A stretch of DNA of 61,018 bases from positions 1-61,018 of the forward strand of contig JBOGWB010000067.1 in assembly GCA_050693035.1 (NCBI GenBank). The letters run 5' to 3'. Origin of the DNA: Actinomycetota bacterium. Lineage in GTDB: Bacteria; Actinomycetota; UBA4738; CALAEC01. Both the position numbers and the translations under genes were made by a program. Positions 10,187 to 18,400 of the stretch are shown piece by piece. How positions within the stretch are numbered: position 1 is the first letter of the stretch; every line of letters starts with the position of its first letter. The notes below the pieces were generated by a model. It saw nothing but the letters and a program-made list of their open reading frames with translations. It had not been told where the DNA came from and made no database searches.

Positions 10187-10519
10187 ATGCCCGTGCCGGT
10201 CAGAGAGAAGCTGAGGGCGGTCACCCAGGACCTGGGGAGCCAGGCCCGGGTGGCCCGGGCCCTGGGGGTGAGCCCGTCGAGGGTCAGCCGGTGGCTGAAG
10301 ACGGAGGACCCCGACCCGGAGAACCAGCGGAAGGTGGAGGGGCTGGAGTTCGTGCTCGCCTACCTCCTGTCCTTCCTGCATCCCGAGACCGCGGTCTCCT
10401 GGCTGAACGGCCTCAACGGCTTCCTGAACGACTTCCGCCCCATCGACTACCTGGCCCGTGGACGGATCACCGAGGTCATCGAGGCGGCCAGGGCGCATCG
10501 GGCGGGATCGTTCCACTAG
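10187..10519 (+). CDS. Xre/MbcA/ParS-type antitoxin (HTH plus C-terminal toxin-binding domain)
   Basis: HTH SQARVARALGVSPSRVSRW; C-terminal AVSWLNGLNGFLNDFRPIDYL pattern; directly upstream of a RES gene. Confidence 0.85.
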   Translation: MPVPVREKLRAVTQDLGSQARVARALGVSPSRVSRWLKTEDPDPENQRKVEGLEFVLAYLLSFLHPETAVSWLNGLNGFLNDFRPIDYLARGRITEVIEAARAHRAGSFH

Positions 10520-10522
10520 GCC

Positions 10523-11077
10523 TTGCTGTACCGAGTGTTCCCTCGCGCCGCGGGAGCCGAACCGGCCGAGCCGGGCGGCCCGTTCCACGTCCCCCGTTTC
10601 GACCAGGGGCGAGGCCGGCACGACAATCCCGACTCGTACGGGGCCCTCTACCTGAGCCGGGTTCCCATCTCTCCCGTGGCCGAGGTCCTTCGGGAACATC
10701 GGGGCCGCCCGTTCATCGACTCCATCCTTCTCAGCGAAGACTCTCGCCTCTCCCTGGCGACGATCGACGATCGAGACCTGGGTGCGCTGCTTGACCTCGA
10801 CGATCCCAGGAACCTGGTCCGAAGGGAGCTTCGCCCATCCGGGATGGCCACCCGGAATCGATACCTCACGCAGCCGATAGCACTGCGCCTCTACGACGAG
10901 GGCGTGGAAGGGTTCGAGTGGTGGTCGACCATCGAGGCATCCTGGATCAACGTGACGCTGTTCCAGGACCGGGTCGCGGATCGGCTCTCGCTGGCCGGCG
11001 AGCCGGAGCCCCTGACGGTGGACCACCCGGCCGTCCGGGAGGCCGCCGAGGCGGTCGGCGTGCTGCTGGCCGGCTGA
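10523..11077 (+). CDS. RES-domain toxin (putative NAD+-consuming enzyme)
   Basis: R-E-S triad (LYR, VAEV, WWST), GRHDNP..ALYLS, TQPIA, NVTLF. TTG start 3 nt after the antitoxin stop. Confidence 0.85.
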   Translation: MLYRVFPRAAGAEPAEPGGPFHVPRFDQGRGRHDNPDSYGALYLSRVPISPVAEVLREHRGRPFIDSILLSEDSRLSLATIDDRDLGALLDLDDPRNLVRRELRPSGMATRNRYLTQPIALRLYDEGVEGFEWWSTIEASWINVTLFQDRVADRLSLAGEPEPLTVDHPAVREAAEAVGVLLAG

Positions 11078-11080
11078 AGG

Positions 11081-11605
11081 TCAGGCGGGATCGCCGCAGT
11101 CGGTGAACCACCGGAGCTCGGTGCCGACGAGCCCCAGCGTCATCTGGCCCGTGGTGGGCTCCCCGTTCGCCGTCAGGGAGATCCGGAGCCTGTAGGCGTC
11201 CTCGACGACGACGCTTTCGCCGTCGGTGGCGTACTCGGCCTCCCCGAGCTGCGACGTCCTCCGGATCTCGACGTCTCGAACCGTTCCCGCCACCTCGCCC
11301 AGGTACGCGCGGCACTGCGCTCGCCCGTACCTCTCGATCACCTCCGGGTGAAGGCGGGCCACGAGGAATCGCACGTTGCTGTTGGCCTGTGCCCGGTTGA
11401 ACGACGCCACGAAGGCTTCCGCGGTCTCCGGCGGCGCCGGCTCGTCCGTCGGTTCTCCGGTTGGCGATCCGGTGGGTTCGGGCGAGCTCGTGGGGGCGGC
11501 CGTCTCCCTCGTGGCGGGAGTCAGGGCAAGTCCGATGGCCCCCGTGAGCAGCAAGAGGGGGCCGATGGCCAGCAGCAACAGCCCGAACCTGGGGTTCCTC
11601 AGCAA
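11081..11605 (-). CDS. Membrane-anchored hypothetical protein (NTF2-like shape, 2 Cys)
   Basis: TM helix FGLLLLAIGPLLLLTGAIGLAL, Pro/Thr linker, then alpha-alpha-beta domain. Probable TTG start 2 nt after the upstream stop. Confidence 0.65.
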   Translation of the reverse strand: MLRNPRFGLLLLAIGPLLLLTGAIGLALTPATRETAAPTSSPEPTGSPTGEPTDEPAPPETAEAFVASFNRAQANSNVRFLVARLHPEVIERYGRAQCRAYLGEVAGTVRDVEIRRTSQLGEAEYATDGESVVVEDAYRLRISLTANGEPTTGQMTLGLVGTELRWFTDCGDPA

Positions 11606-11607
11606 GG

Positions 11608-13449
11608 CTACGAGGGCTCCCAGGGCTGGTCCTGCCCGACGAGAACCGCTCCCGGGCGGGTGACCGTCAGGGTGTTCCCGCCCGCCATGATCTGGGCGGT
11701 TGCGCCGACGAGGTGAACTGTGAGGGAGGGGTCGCACATGCACTCGGTCACCGGAGGTCCCGAGGCGTGTCCCCCGATGCCGGCTCCGACGTCGAAGAAA
11801 CTGGCCGCCCCCCCGGCTGGCAGGGCACAGCACGGAGCATCCACGCAATCCACCCGCGTCATGTCCGCATGGACATCGAAGGAGTGGGACAGCGACGTTT
11901 CGACGGTGGCGGTGACCCGGTTGGTGGAGGGCCATACCTCCCTCGGGACGAGGCTTCCCGCATCCACGACAACGAAGTTGCGGACGGCGATCGACACAGC
12001 ATCCCCCTCCGTCTGAGCGGAGCCGCTGGCGTCGTCGCCGCCAACGTAGTCGGACCGATCGAGCTCCTCGTGGTCGTGGAGGTCCGTGATCGCGTGAAAT
12101 GTCCGCTCGCCGTCTCCCAGGCCGGCGAGGGCGGCCTCCTGCTCGTTCGGATCGCCGCCGGCGAGGTGCCCGACCGAATACGAGATCGCCCCATCTACAT
12201 TCCCTACCGCCCATGCCGAGGCGGTCAGCTCCACCGGGCACTCCCCATCAGTCTCGTTGGTGCATTCCTGATTGGCGCCGATGGAGAGGTCGCTCGAGCC
12301 GCCGACATCGAAGGTGTTCTGGTGACCGGGGCAGTCGCTCTCGAGCGAGACGGAAAGTGTCGTCACCTCGTCCAGCCTCGCGGAGCCGCTGGAATCCGGC
12401 GTCGCGCCCCCGGGCCACGGCTCCGGTGACTGGGGGGTTCGGCTGCCCCGGTCGTGCAGGTCGCCGAGGCCCTGCATCCATCCCAGCGAATCCTCCGGAC
12501 CGCTCCGGCTGGACGCTTCCACGTACGTGTTTACTCCCAGAGGATGAATGCTGGCCGATTGAAAGTTCCGCCGCCCGACCTCGCCTTCCCCGGCGGGGCC
12601 GTCCTGACGCTCCCGGGTTACTTCCTCGAGCTCGTACACGTGGCTGACCAGCGAGACCTTGTAGACACAGCACTCGGTCCCGTTGGCGGCGCGGATCACC
12701 ACGGGCTTTCCACCGACAGGCGCGTAGTACGCGGCCCAGTCGCAGACCGGCTTCTCGGGGATCCAGTCGGGAGTCAGGGTCACTCCAGGGCCCGGTTCGG
12801 GAGTCTCCCCCGGCCCCGTGGTCACCCCGGGCTCTTCCGGTTTTCCAGCACGGCCTCGCTCCCGAGTGGTCCAGAAGACGTAGAAGCCGCCCACGATGAC
12901 GATGCCGCCGATGACGATGATGAAGATGAAGAACTGGCGAAGCGCCCCGCCCCCGGTCGGTTCTGTGGAGACCCGTGGTCCGGCCGGGGAGGGTGACGGC
13001 TGCTCCGGTGAAACGATCTCCATGGTGGCGAGACGGGCGACTTCCTTGAAGTCCGACGTCCAGAGGACGGTACGCCCGACGGACTGGTTGTTCTCCATCT
13101 CGATGTCGGCGCAGCCGTTCTGGTCCGTGATCGCCGCTCCATGGGTGGCGTCGCCGGACGTTGGGGGGTCGCCGAGAGTGACGGCCATCCGCTTCCCCGA
13201 CACAGGGTTCCCGTTACGGTCCCGGACGCAGATCCTGACGGTGAACGGCTCGCCGGGCCTCACTTCCGTGGGTCCCTCGTAGATCACCGTCGTTCCGTCG
13301 GAGAACTCGGCGGTGGGTTTGTTCTGTGCTGATGCCGGAACCATGCCGACCAGGGCGGAGCCTGCGACCACCAGGGAGATGATCGCGGCGCTCACCAGGC
13401 GCCGCCCGTTCCTTCGTGGTCTGTCGTTGCCGCCTCGCCTGGCCACCAC
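11608..13449 (-). CDS. Hypothetical single-pass membrane protein: signal, Ig-like domain, TM, Cys-rich beta domain
   Basis: GGAGG SD before GTG 13449; signal ending ASA; Big-1-like VRDRNGNPVSG..TDQNGCA; TM FFIFIIVIGGIVIVGGFYVFW; 11 Cys after the TM. Confidence 0.7.
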   Translation of the reverse strand: MVARRGGNDRPRRNGRRLVSAAIISLVVAGSALVGMVPASAQNKPTAEFSDGTTVIYEGPTEVRPGEPFTVRICVRDRNGNPVSGKRMAVTLGDPPTSGDATHGAAITDQNGCADIEMENNQSVGRTVLWTSDFKEVARLATMEIVSPEQPSPSPAGPRVSTEPTGGGALRQFFIFIIVIGGIVIVGGFYVFWTTRERGRAGKPEEPGVTTGPGETPEPGPGVTLTPDWIPEKPVCDWAAYYAPVGGKPVVIRAANGTECCVYKVSLVSHVYELEEVTRERQDGPAGEGEVGRRNFQSASIHPLGVNTYVEASSRSGPEDSLGWMQGLGDLHDRGSRTPQSPEPWPGGATPDSSGSARLDEVTTLSVSLESDCPGHQNTFDVGGSSDLSIGANQECTNETDGECPVELTASAWAVGNVDGAISYSVGHLAGGDPNEQEAALAGLGDGERTFHAITDLHDHEELDRSDYVGGDDASGSAQTEGDAVSIAVRNFVVVDAGSLVPREVWPSTNRVTATVETSLSHSFDVHADMTRVDCVDAPCCALPAGGAASFFDVGAGIGGHASGPPVTECMCDPSLTVHLVGATAQIMAGGNTLTVTRPGAVLVGQDQPWEPS

Positions 13450-13666
13450 CGCGCCCCCTCCTTCGGTTCCCCACAGTCGGGCCCATGGGCACACGGCCAG
13501 GTCGAGCCCTGGCGGGGTTGAGGGATGCTATCGGGGCACGTGGAGACAGGAAATGACCAGAAAGGACTAGTCCGCTAGGCGCTTCGATCCCCGCCGGGCG
13601 GGCAGCACCCCAACCTGAGAGGAAGCTGGGAGCCGGCGCAGAGTTGACCGGGACCGCCGGAGACGG

Positions 13667-14113
13667 TTAGAGGCGAAGGGCCCGGGGCGGAGACATGATG
13701 GCCTCGGGGTCCTCGCGCCACCGCTCGGGCTGGACGTCGATGTACAGCTCGATCTCGTTCCCGTCGGGATCCTCTATGTACAGGCTGTGGGTCACGTTGT
13801 GATCCGCCGACCCGTTGACCTTCACCCCCGCCTCGATGAGCTCCTCCAGGGCCTGCCGCAGCTCGTCGTCGGTCGTTCCGATCTTCAGCCCGAAGTGGTA
13901 CATGCCCACCCGGGGCCCGGGAGGGATGGGCGTCGCGTTGGGGCCCACCTCGAGCAGGAGCAGCTCGTGATGGGTGCGCCCCGACGAGAACGCCGCGCCC
14001 TGGGTCCCCAGTCGCGCGATCTCCTTCCACCCGAGCGTTTCGCCGTAGAAGCGCCGAGAGCGTTCCAGGTCCCTGACGTAGAGGACGATGTGTCCGAGCT
14101 CCTTCACTTCCAC
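13667..14113 (-). CDS. VOC (glyoxalase/extradiol dioxygenase-like) protein
   Basis: LGHIVLYVRDLERSRRFY, HHELLL, GMYHFGL, SLYIEDPDGNEIELY. Confidence 0.92.
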   Translation of the reverse strand: MEVKELGHIVLYVRDLERSRRFYGETLGWKEIARLGTQGAAFSSGRTHHELLLLEVGPNATPIPPGPRVGMYHFGLKIGTTDDELRQALEELIEAGVKVNGSADHNVTHSLYIEDPDGNEIELYIDVQPERWREDPEAIMSPPRALRL

Positions 14114-14126
14114 CGTGCGTGGTTCC

Positions 14127-14519
14127 TCAGAACGAGCCCGGCTGGAAGATCGACAGGATGTTGCCCTCGGGATCCTTGAACCAGGCCCCTTTCTCGCCCT
14201 CGAGATCGGCGATCCCGTCCACGGTCTTCAGGCCGGGCATGTCGTACTCCTCGAACGTCACGCCCTTGGCGCGGAGGTCCTTCACCGCGGCCTCGACGTC
14301 GTCGACAAAGAACCCTCCCAGGGTGTGCTGGGCGGTGCCGGCGAACTGGGTCGGGTAGAGCGACAACAACGAGTCTCCGCTCCGGTAGGTGATGCCGGCG
14401 GGGTTCTCCATCACGATCTCCAAGCCCAGCACGCTCTCGTAGAACTTCCGGGTCCCGTCCAGGTCCTTGGCGGGGATCGTGGCGGAGAACGTCCACTCGG
14501 ACGGTCTCTTCGTGGCCAT
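14127..14519 (-). CDS. VOC family protein
   Basis: ATIPAKDLDGTRKFYESVLGL, FFVDDVEAAV, AWFKDPEGNIL. ATG 14519 with GGAGG. Confidence 0.9.
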   Translation of the reverse strand: MATKRPSEWTFSATIPAKDLDGTRKFYESVLGLEIVMENPAGITYRSGDSLLSLYPTQFAGTAQHTLGGFFVDDVEAAVKDLRAKGVTFEEYDMPGLKTVDGIADLEGEKGAWFKDPEGNILSIFQPGSF

Positions 14520-14576
14520 GGGGGCCTCCTCTCGTGGGGGTCGAACCCATCCTACTCGGCCGCCCCCGAGAAGGGA

Positions 14577-14605
14577 GGCGGGCGGCGCAGGGTGCGCCGC
14601 CCGCC
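14577..14605 (-). terminator. Intrinsic terminator hairpin
   Basis: Perfect 13-bp stem GGCGGGCGGCGCA-ggg-TGCGCCGCCCGCC, followed on the minus strand by TCCCTTCTC, 30 nt after the 14635 stop. Confidence 0.65.
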
Positions 14606-14634
14606 GGTTGGGACCGGTGAACCCGCTTCTCAGC

Positions 14635-15132
14635 TCACTCGCGGGCCTCGAGGCCACGGTACGCCAGGAGCGCGCCCGCCACGAAGATGGCCACCGCGAG
14701 GTAGATCAGGCCGAGGTGCCCGATGGTGTCGAGCCCGTTCGGGTAGTGCGCGGGCAGGGCCACAGCCAGGCCGAGAACCGGCGCGGCCACCGCTCCGGTC
14801 CATGCCCACCTCTCCCCCCGTCGTACCCCGTAGATCACCAGGAACAGGACGGCGAGCCCGGTCGCGGCGATGAAGCCGGCCACGGCCAGGTGCAGATGGC
14901 CGATGTAGTGGAACAGCGAAGGGCTGAACGCCTGGATCTCCGCCCGCCCCACGTCCACCTGCTCGGGCCCGATACCCAGCTCGAGGAACTGGTCGGTGAA
15001 GTTCAATACGGCGAAGATCACCGCGTACCCGATGAACCCCACCGCCGCCAGACCCATCAGCCAGGATCCCCAGCGAAGAGACGGGTTGTCCACCCTCACC
15101 TCGACGCCGGACCGCATGGTTTCCGTTGCCAT
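14635..15132 (-). CDS. Four-TM hypothetical membrane protein with intramembrane His residues
   Basis: AAGGAGG SD before ATG 15132; four hydrophobic segments; YIGHLHLA and HYP..GHLG motifs. Confidence 0.75.
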   Translation of the reverse strand: MATETMRSGVEVRVDNPSLRWGSWLMGLAAVGFIGYAVIFAVLNFTDQFLELGIGPEQVDVGRAEIQAFSPSLFHYIGHLHLAVAGFIAATGLAVLFLVIYGVRRGERWAWTGAVAAPVLGLAVALPAHYPNGLDTIGHLGLIYLAVAIFVAGALLAYRGLEARE

Positions 15133-15182
15133 GCGTACCACCTCCTTCTGCTCGGTAGAACGCTCGGAGGCTTCCGCAGACA

Positions 15183-15198
15183 GGTGACGGCCGTCACC
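15183..15198. promoter_or_regulatory. Perfect 16-bp palindrome with CRP/GlxR-like GTGA-N6-TCAC core
   Basis: GGTGACGGCCGTCACC, about 50 nt upstream of the 15132 start. Confidence 0.45.
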
Positions 15199-15232
15199 GA
15201 GGTCGCGTGACGTTCACTACATGGTGACGAAA

Positions 15233-15405
15233 CTAGGCGATCCTCTGGGCGATCTCGAAGAGGTTCCCCTCGCCGTCCCGGAAGTAGCACCCGTTGCCAT
15301 CACCTCGAGGATCCTCCCGGCGCCGAAGTCGAACTGGACATAGTCCTCCCCGACCTCGGTCTCCGCGAAGCCAAGGACATCCCGGTAGAACGACCACCCT
15401 GGCAT
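15233..15405 (-). pseudogene. Internally deleted, frameshifted VOC gene remnant
   Basis: One frame reads FYRDVLGFAETEVGEDYVQFDFGAGRILEV (VOC N-half). A shifted frame reads CYFRDGEGNLFEIAQ* (VOC C-terminal DxxGN motif). The middle is missing. Confidence 0.7.
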
Positions 15406-15440
15406 TCGGAGCGGCCCGCCTCGCCTGACGCCCGCTCCTC

Positions 15441-18400
15441 TCAGACAGCCTCCGAGCACGCCGACACGTGCAGGTACTGGCGGCACTCGGCGTCGGTAAG
15501 CGGACGGGTCGCCCGATCGAGCGCCAGATCCACGAGCTCATCGACGTCGAGGACGTAGATCCGAACCGTGCCGTCCTCGCCGGAGACGGCGAGACGGCTG
15601 CCGTCAGGCGAGAAGGAGACCCGGAAGACGCCGGCAGCATGCCCGGTGAGGGTCAGCAACTCCCTGCCGGTGGCGACCTCCCACACCTTGGCCGTCCCCT
15701 CCAGGCCCGCGGTCACCAGGTCGGTCCCGTCAGGGCTGAACGCCACGTCCAGCACGCCGCCCGGATGACCCTCCAGCGTGTGGAGCTCCCGGCCCGCCGC
15801 CACGTCCCATACCCGTGCGGTTCCGTCGATGCTGCCGGAGGCGACGAGGGCGCCGTCGGGGCTGAACGCCACCCCAAAGACGTTGTTCGTGTGGCCCCGC
15901 AGGTCGCGCAAGTTCGTCCCGGACGCCGCGTCCCAGATCTTCACCGTCTCGTCCTGACTGACCGTAGCGATGCGGGAGCCGTCCGGGCTGACGTCCACGT
16001 CGAAGACGTCCTCGGCGTGACCTTCGAAGGTCAGCACCTCCCTGCCGGTCCCCAGATCCCACAGCTTGGCGGTGCCGTCGATGCTGGAGGTGGCCAAGCG
16101 GCCTCCGTCGGGGAAGAACGCCGCCGCGCTGACCGGGCCCCGGTGCCCCTCGAGCGTCAGCAGCCGCTTGCCCGTGTCCGCTTCCCACAGCCGCACCCAG
16201 CCGTCCTCTCCCGCGGTGGCGAAGCGGGAGGCGTCGGGACTCCACCGCACGTCGATCGTGGGGCCTGGCGTCAGGCCGAGGATCTCCTCCCCGGCAGCCG
16301 CGTCCCAGACGCGGACCCTGCCGTCGAGCCCCGCGGTGACCAGACGAGCGCCGTCTGGGCTGTACCGGAGGGCGAAGACCGGGCTGTCGTGGGCGTCGAG
16401 CGTCACGAGCTCGCGGCTCCCCGCCGGGGTGATGTCCCAAACCTTCGTGGTGCCGGAGGTGCCGGCGCCCGCCACGAGCCTCCCGTCGGGGCTGAACGTC
16501 ACGTGCTCGACGGCGCCGCCCTGCCCGCTCAGTACGAGCAGCTCCCGGCCGGTGGCCGCGTCCCAGACCCTGACCGTCCCGTCTAGGCTGCCCGAGGCGA
16601 GCACCGAACCGTCCGGGCTGAAGTCGACCGCCTCAACCGAGCTGGTGTGACCGGACAACATGAGCCGCAGGGCTCCCGTCCGCGCGTCCCACACTCGGAC
16701 CATCCCGTCACCGTCGGCCGTGGCCAGCCGCGTCCCGTCGGGGCTGAACCTTACATCCACGACCTCCGAGCCCACGGCCAGCAGCTCATCCCCGGACCGC
16801 ACGTCCCACACCCGGGCCACGCCGTCGCCGACGGCCAGGCGGACCCCGTCGGGATGGAAGTGCACCCCCAGAGGGGAATCGTGCCTCAGCACCTGGAGCC
16901 TGCGGCCGCTGGCCAGGTTCCACACCATGACCGAGTTGTCCTTGCTCCTCGTGGCCAGCAGGGACCCGTCCCTGTTGAGGTTCATGCTGTAGACGCTGGC
17001 GGTGTGTCCACTGAACGTGCGGATGACCTGGCCGGTCCCCGCGTCGGCCAGCTTCGCCGTCCCGTCCTCACTGGTGGTGACCAGCCGGCTCCCGTCGGGG
17101 GTGAACTCCACCTGGATGATCCTGGTGGAATGGAGCTCGAACGTATCGATCTCCTCCCCCGACGGCATCTCCCATACCGTGACCTCACCCTCATCATCGG
17201 ACGTGACGAACCGTGAGCCGTCGGGGCTGAAGGTCGCGCCGAACAACCCCGGGAGGCTGAGCTCGACACGGGATCCGTGGACGGCGCGGCGCAGGGCCTC
17301 CTCCGCCTCGCGGAGGACGATCCCGTCGGGGCCACGGGTGGTCTCCACGGCATGCAGCGCCAGATTGATGCTGAGGTCGGGGTCCACCTCGAGGTTCGCC
17401 CGGGCCGCAGCGGCCAGCTCACGAGCGGTGGCCAGGCGAGCCTCCCGGGACGCCCGGGACCGCTGTGCGAAAGCGAAGGCGGAAAGGCCCCCTGCGACAA
17501 GCGCGGCGACGGTGAGCGCGGCCACCAAGCTGCGCAGCCGCCTGAGAGACCGCCGCTCCAGGGCCCGCTCGCGGGCCGCTCGGGCCTCCTCCTCCGCCCG
17601 ACGTGCATCGCGCTGCGCAAGGCTGGACCCGAGGTACGCGCGCTCGCTCGCGGTGACGGCCACCGGCGGCGCCGTCGTCCATGATTCCATCTGCTCGAGC
17701 CGCGTGCCCTGCAACAGGAAGCTCGGGTCGCGGGAGGCCTCCTCCCAGTCACGGGCGGCGTCGGTCAGCCGTCGCTCCGATCGGAGATCCTCTCGGCCGT
17801 CTTCGATCCATCCGGCCAACCGGGGCCACTCCCGGAGCAGCGCCTCGTGGGCCACCTCCACCGTCGGCTCCCTGGTCTCGGGGTCGCGGTCGAAGGACAC
17901 CAACCGGTGCGCCCCGAGCGCGGAGATGACGCCGTCGAGCGCTGCCTGGTCGACATCCAGAGATGCCAGCTCGGACCGGCGGACGAGCCGGCGGGTATCT
18001 TCGGTCCCCTCCCCCAGCGTCACCAGGCGGAGGAACAGCTGGCGACAGGCGTCCCTGCCGACGTCGTCCCAACCCTCGTACAGCTCCTCCGCGCTGCGGG
18101 CCAGGGCCCCGGTCACCCCACCGATCCCGTTGTACGCCCGTATGGTGAGCGACGATTCCCTTCGCCGCTCGAACAGCTCGGTCAGCGCGTACTGGAGCAG
18201 CGGAAGACCGCCGGGCTGATCGGTGACATCCGCCACCATCCGGGCAGCGAGCCCCGGCTCCGAAACGACACCCAACCGCATGGCCGGCCCCGAGATGGCC
18301 CGCTCGATCTCCTGGGGAGTCATCGGGATCAGCGTCTCGGTCCGCGACCGCATCAGGCCCGCGAGCCCCCGATACCGGAGGGGCCGGTCGTAGAAGTCCG

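Noticed and set aside
13500-13666. Intergenic region with a mini-ORF (MTRKD*) and weak hairpins
   Set aside because: No recognisable RNA family or coding signal.
15500-17250. DNA-level repeats (GGGCTGAA / CCGTCGGG recurring)
   Set aside because: Explained by the FSPDG codons of the WD40 repeats.
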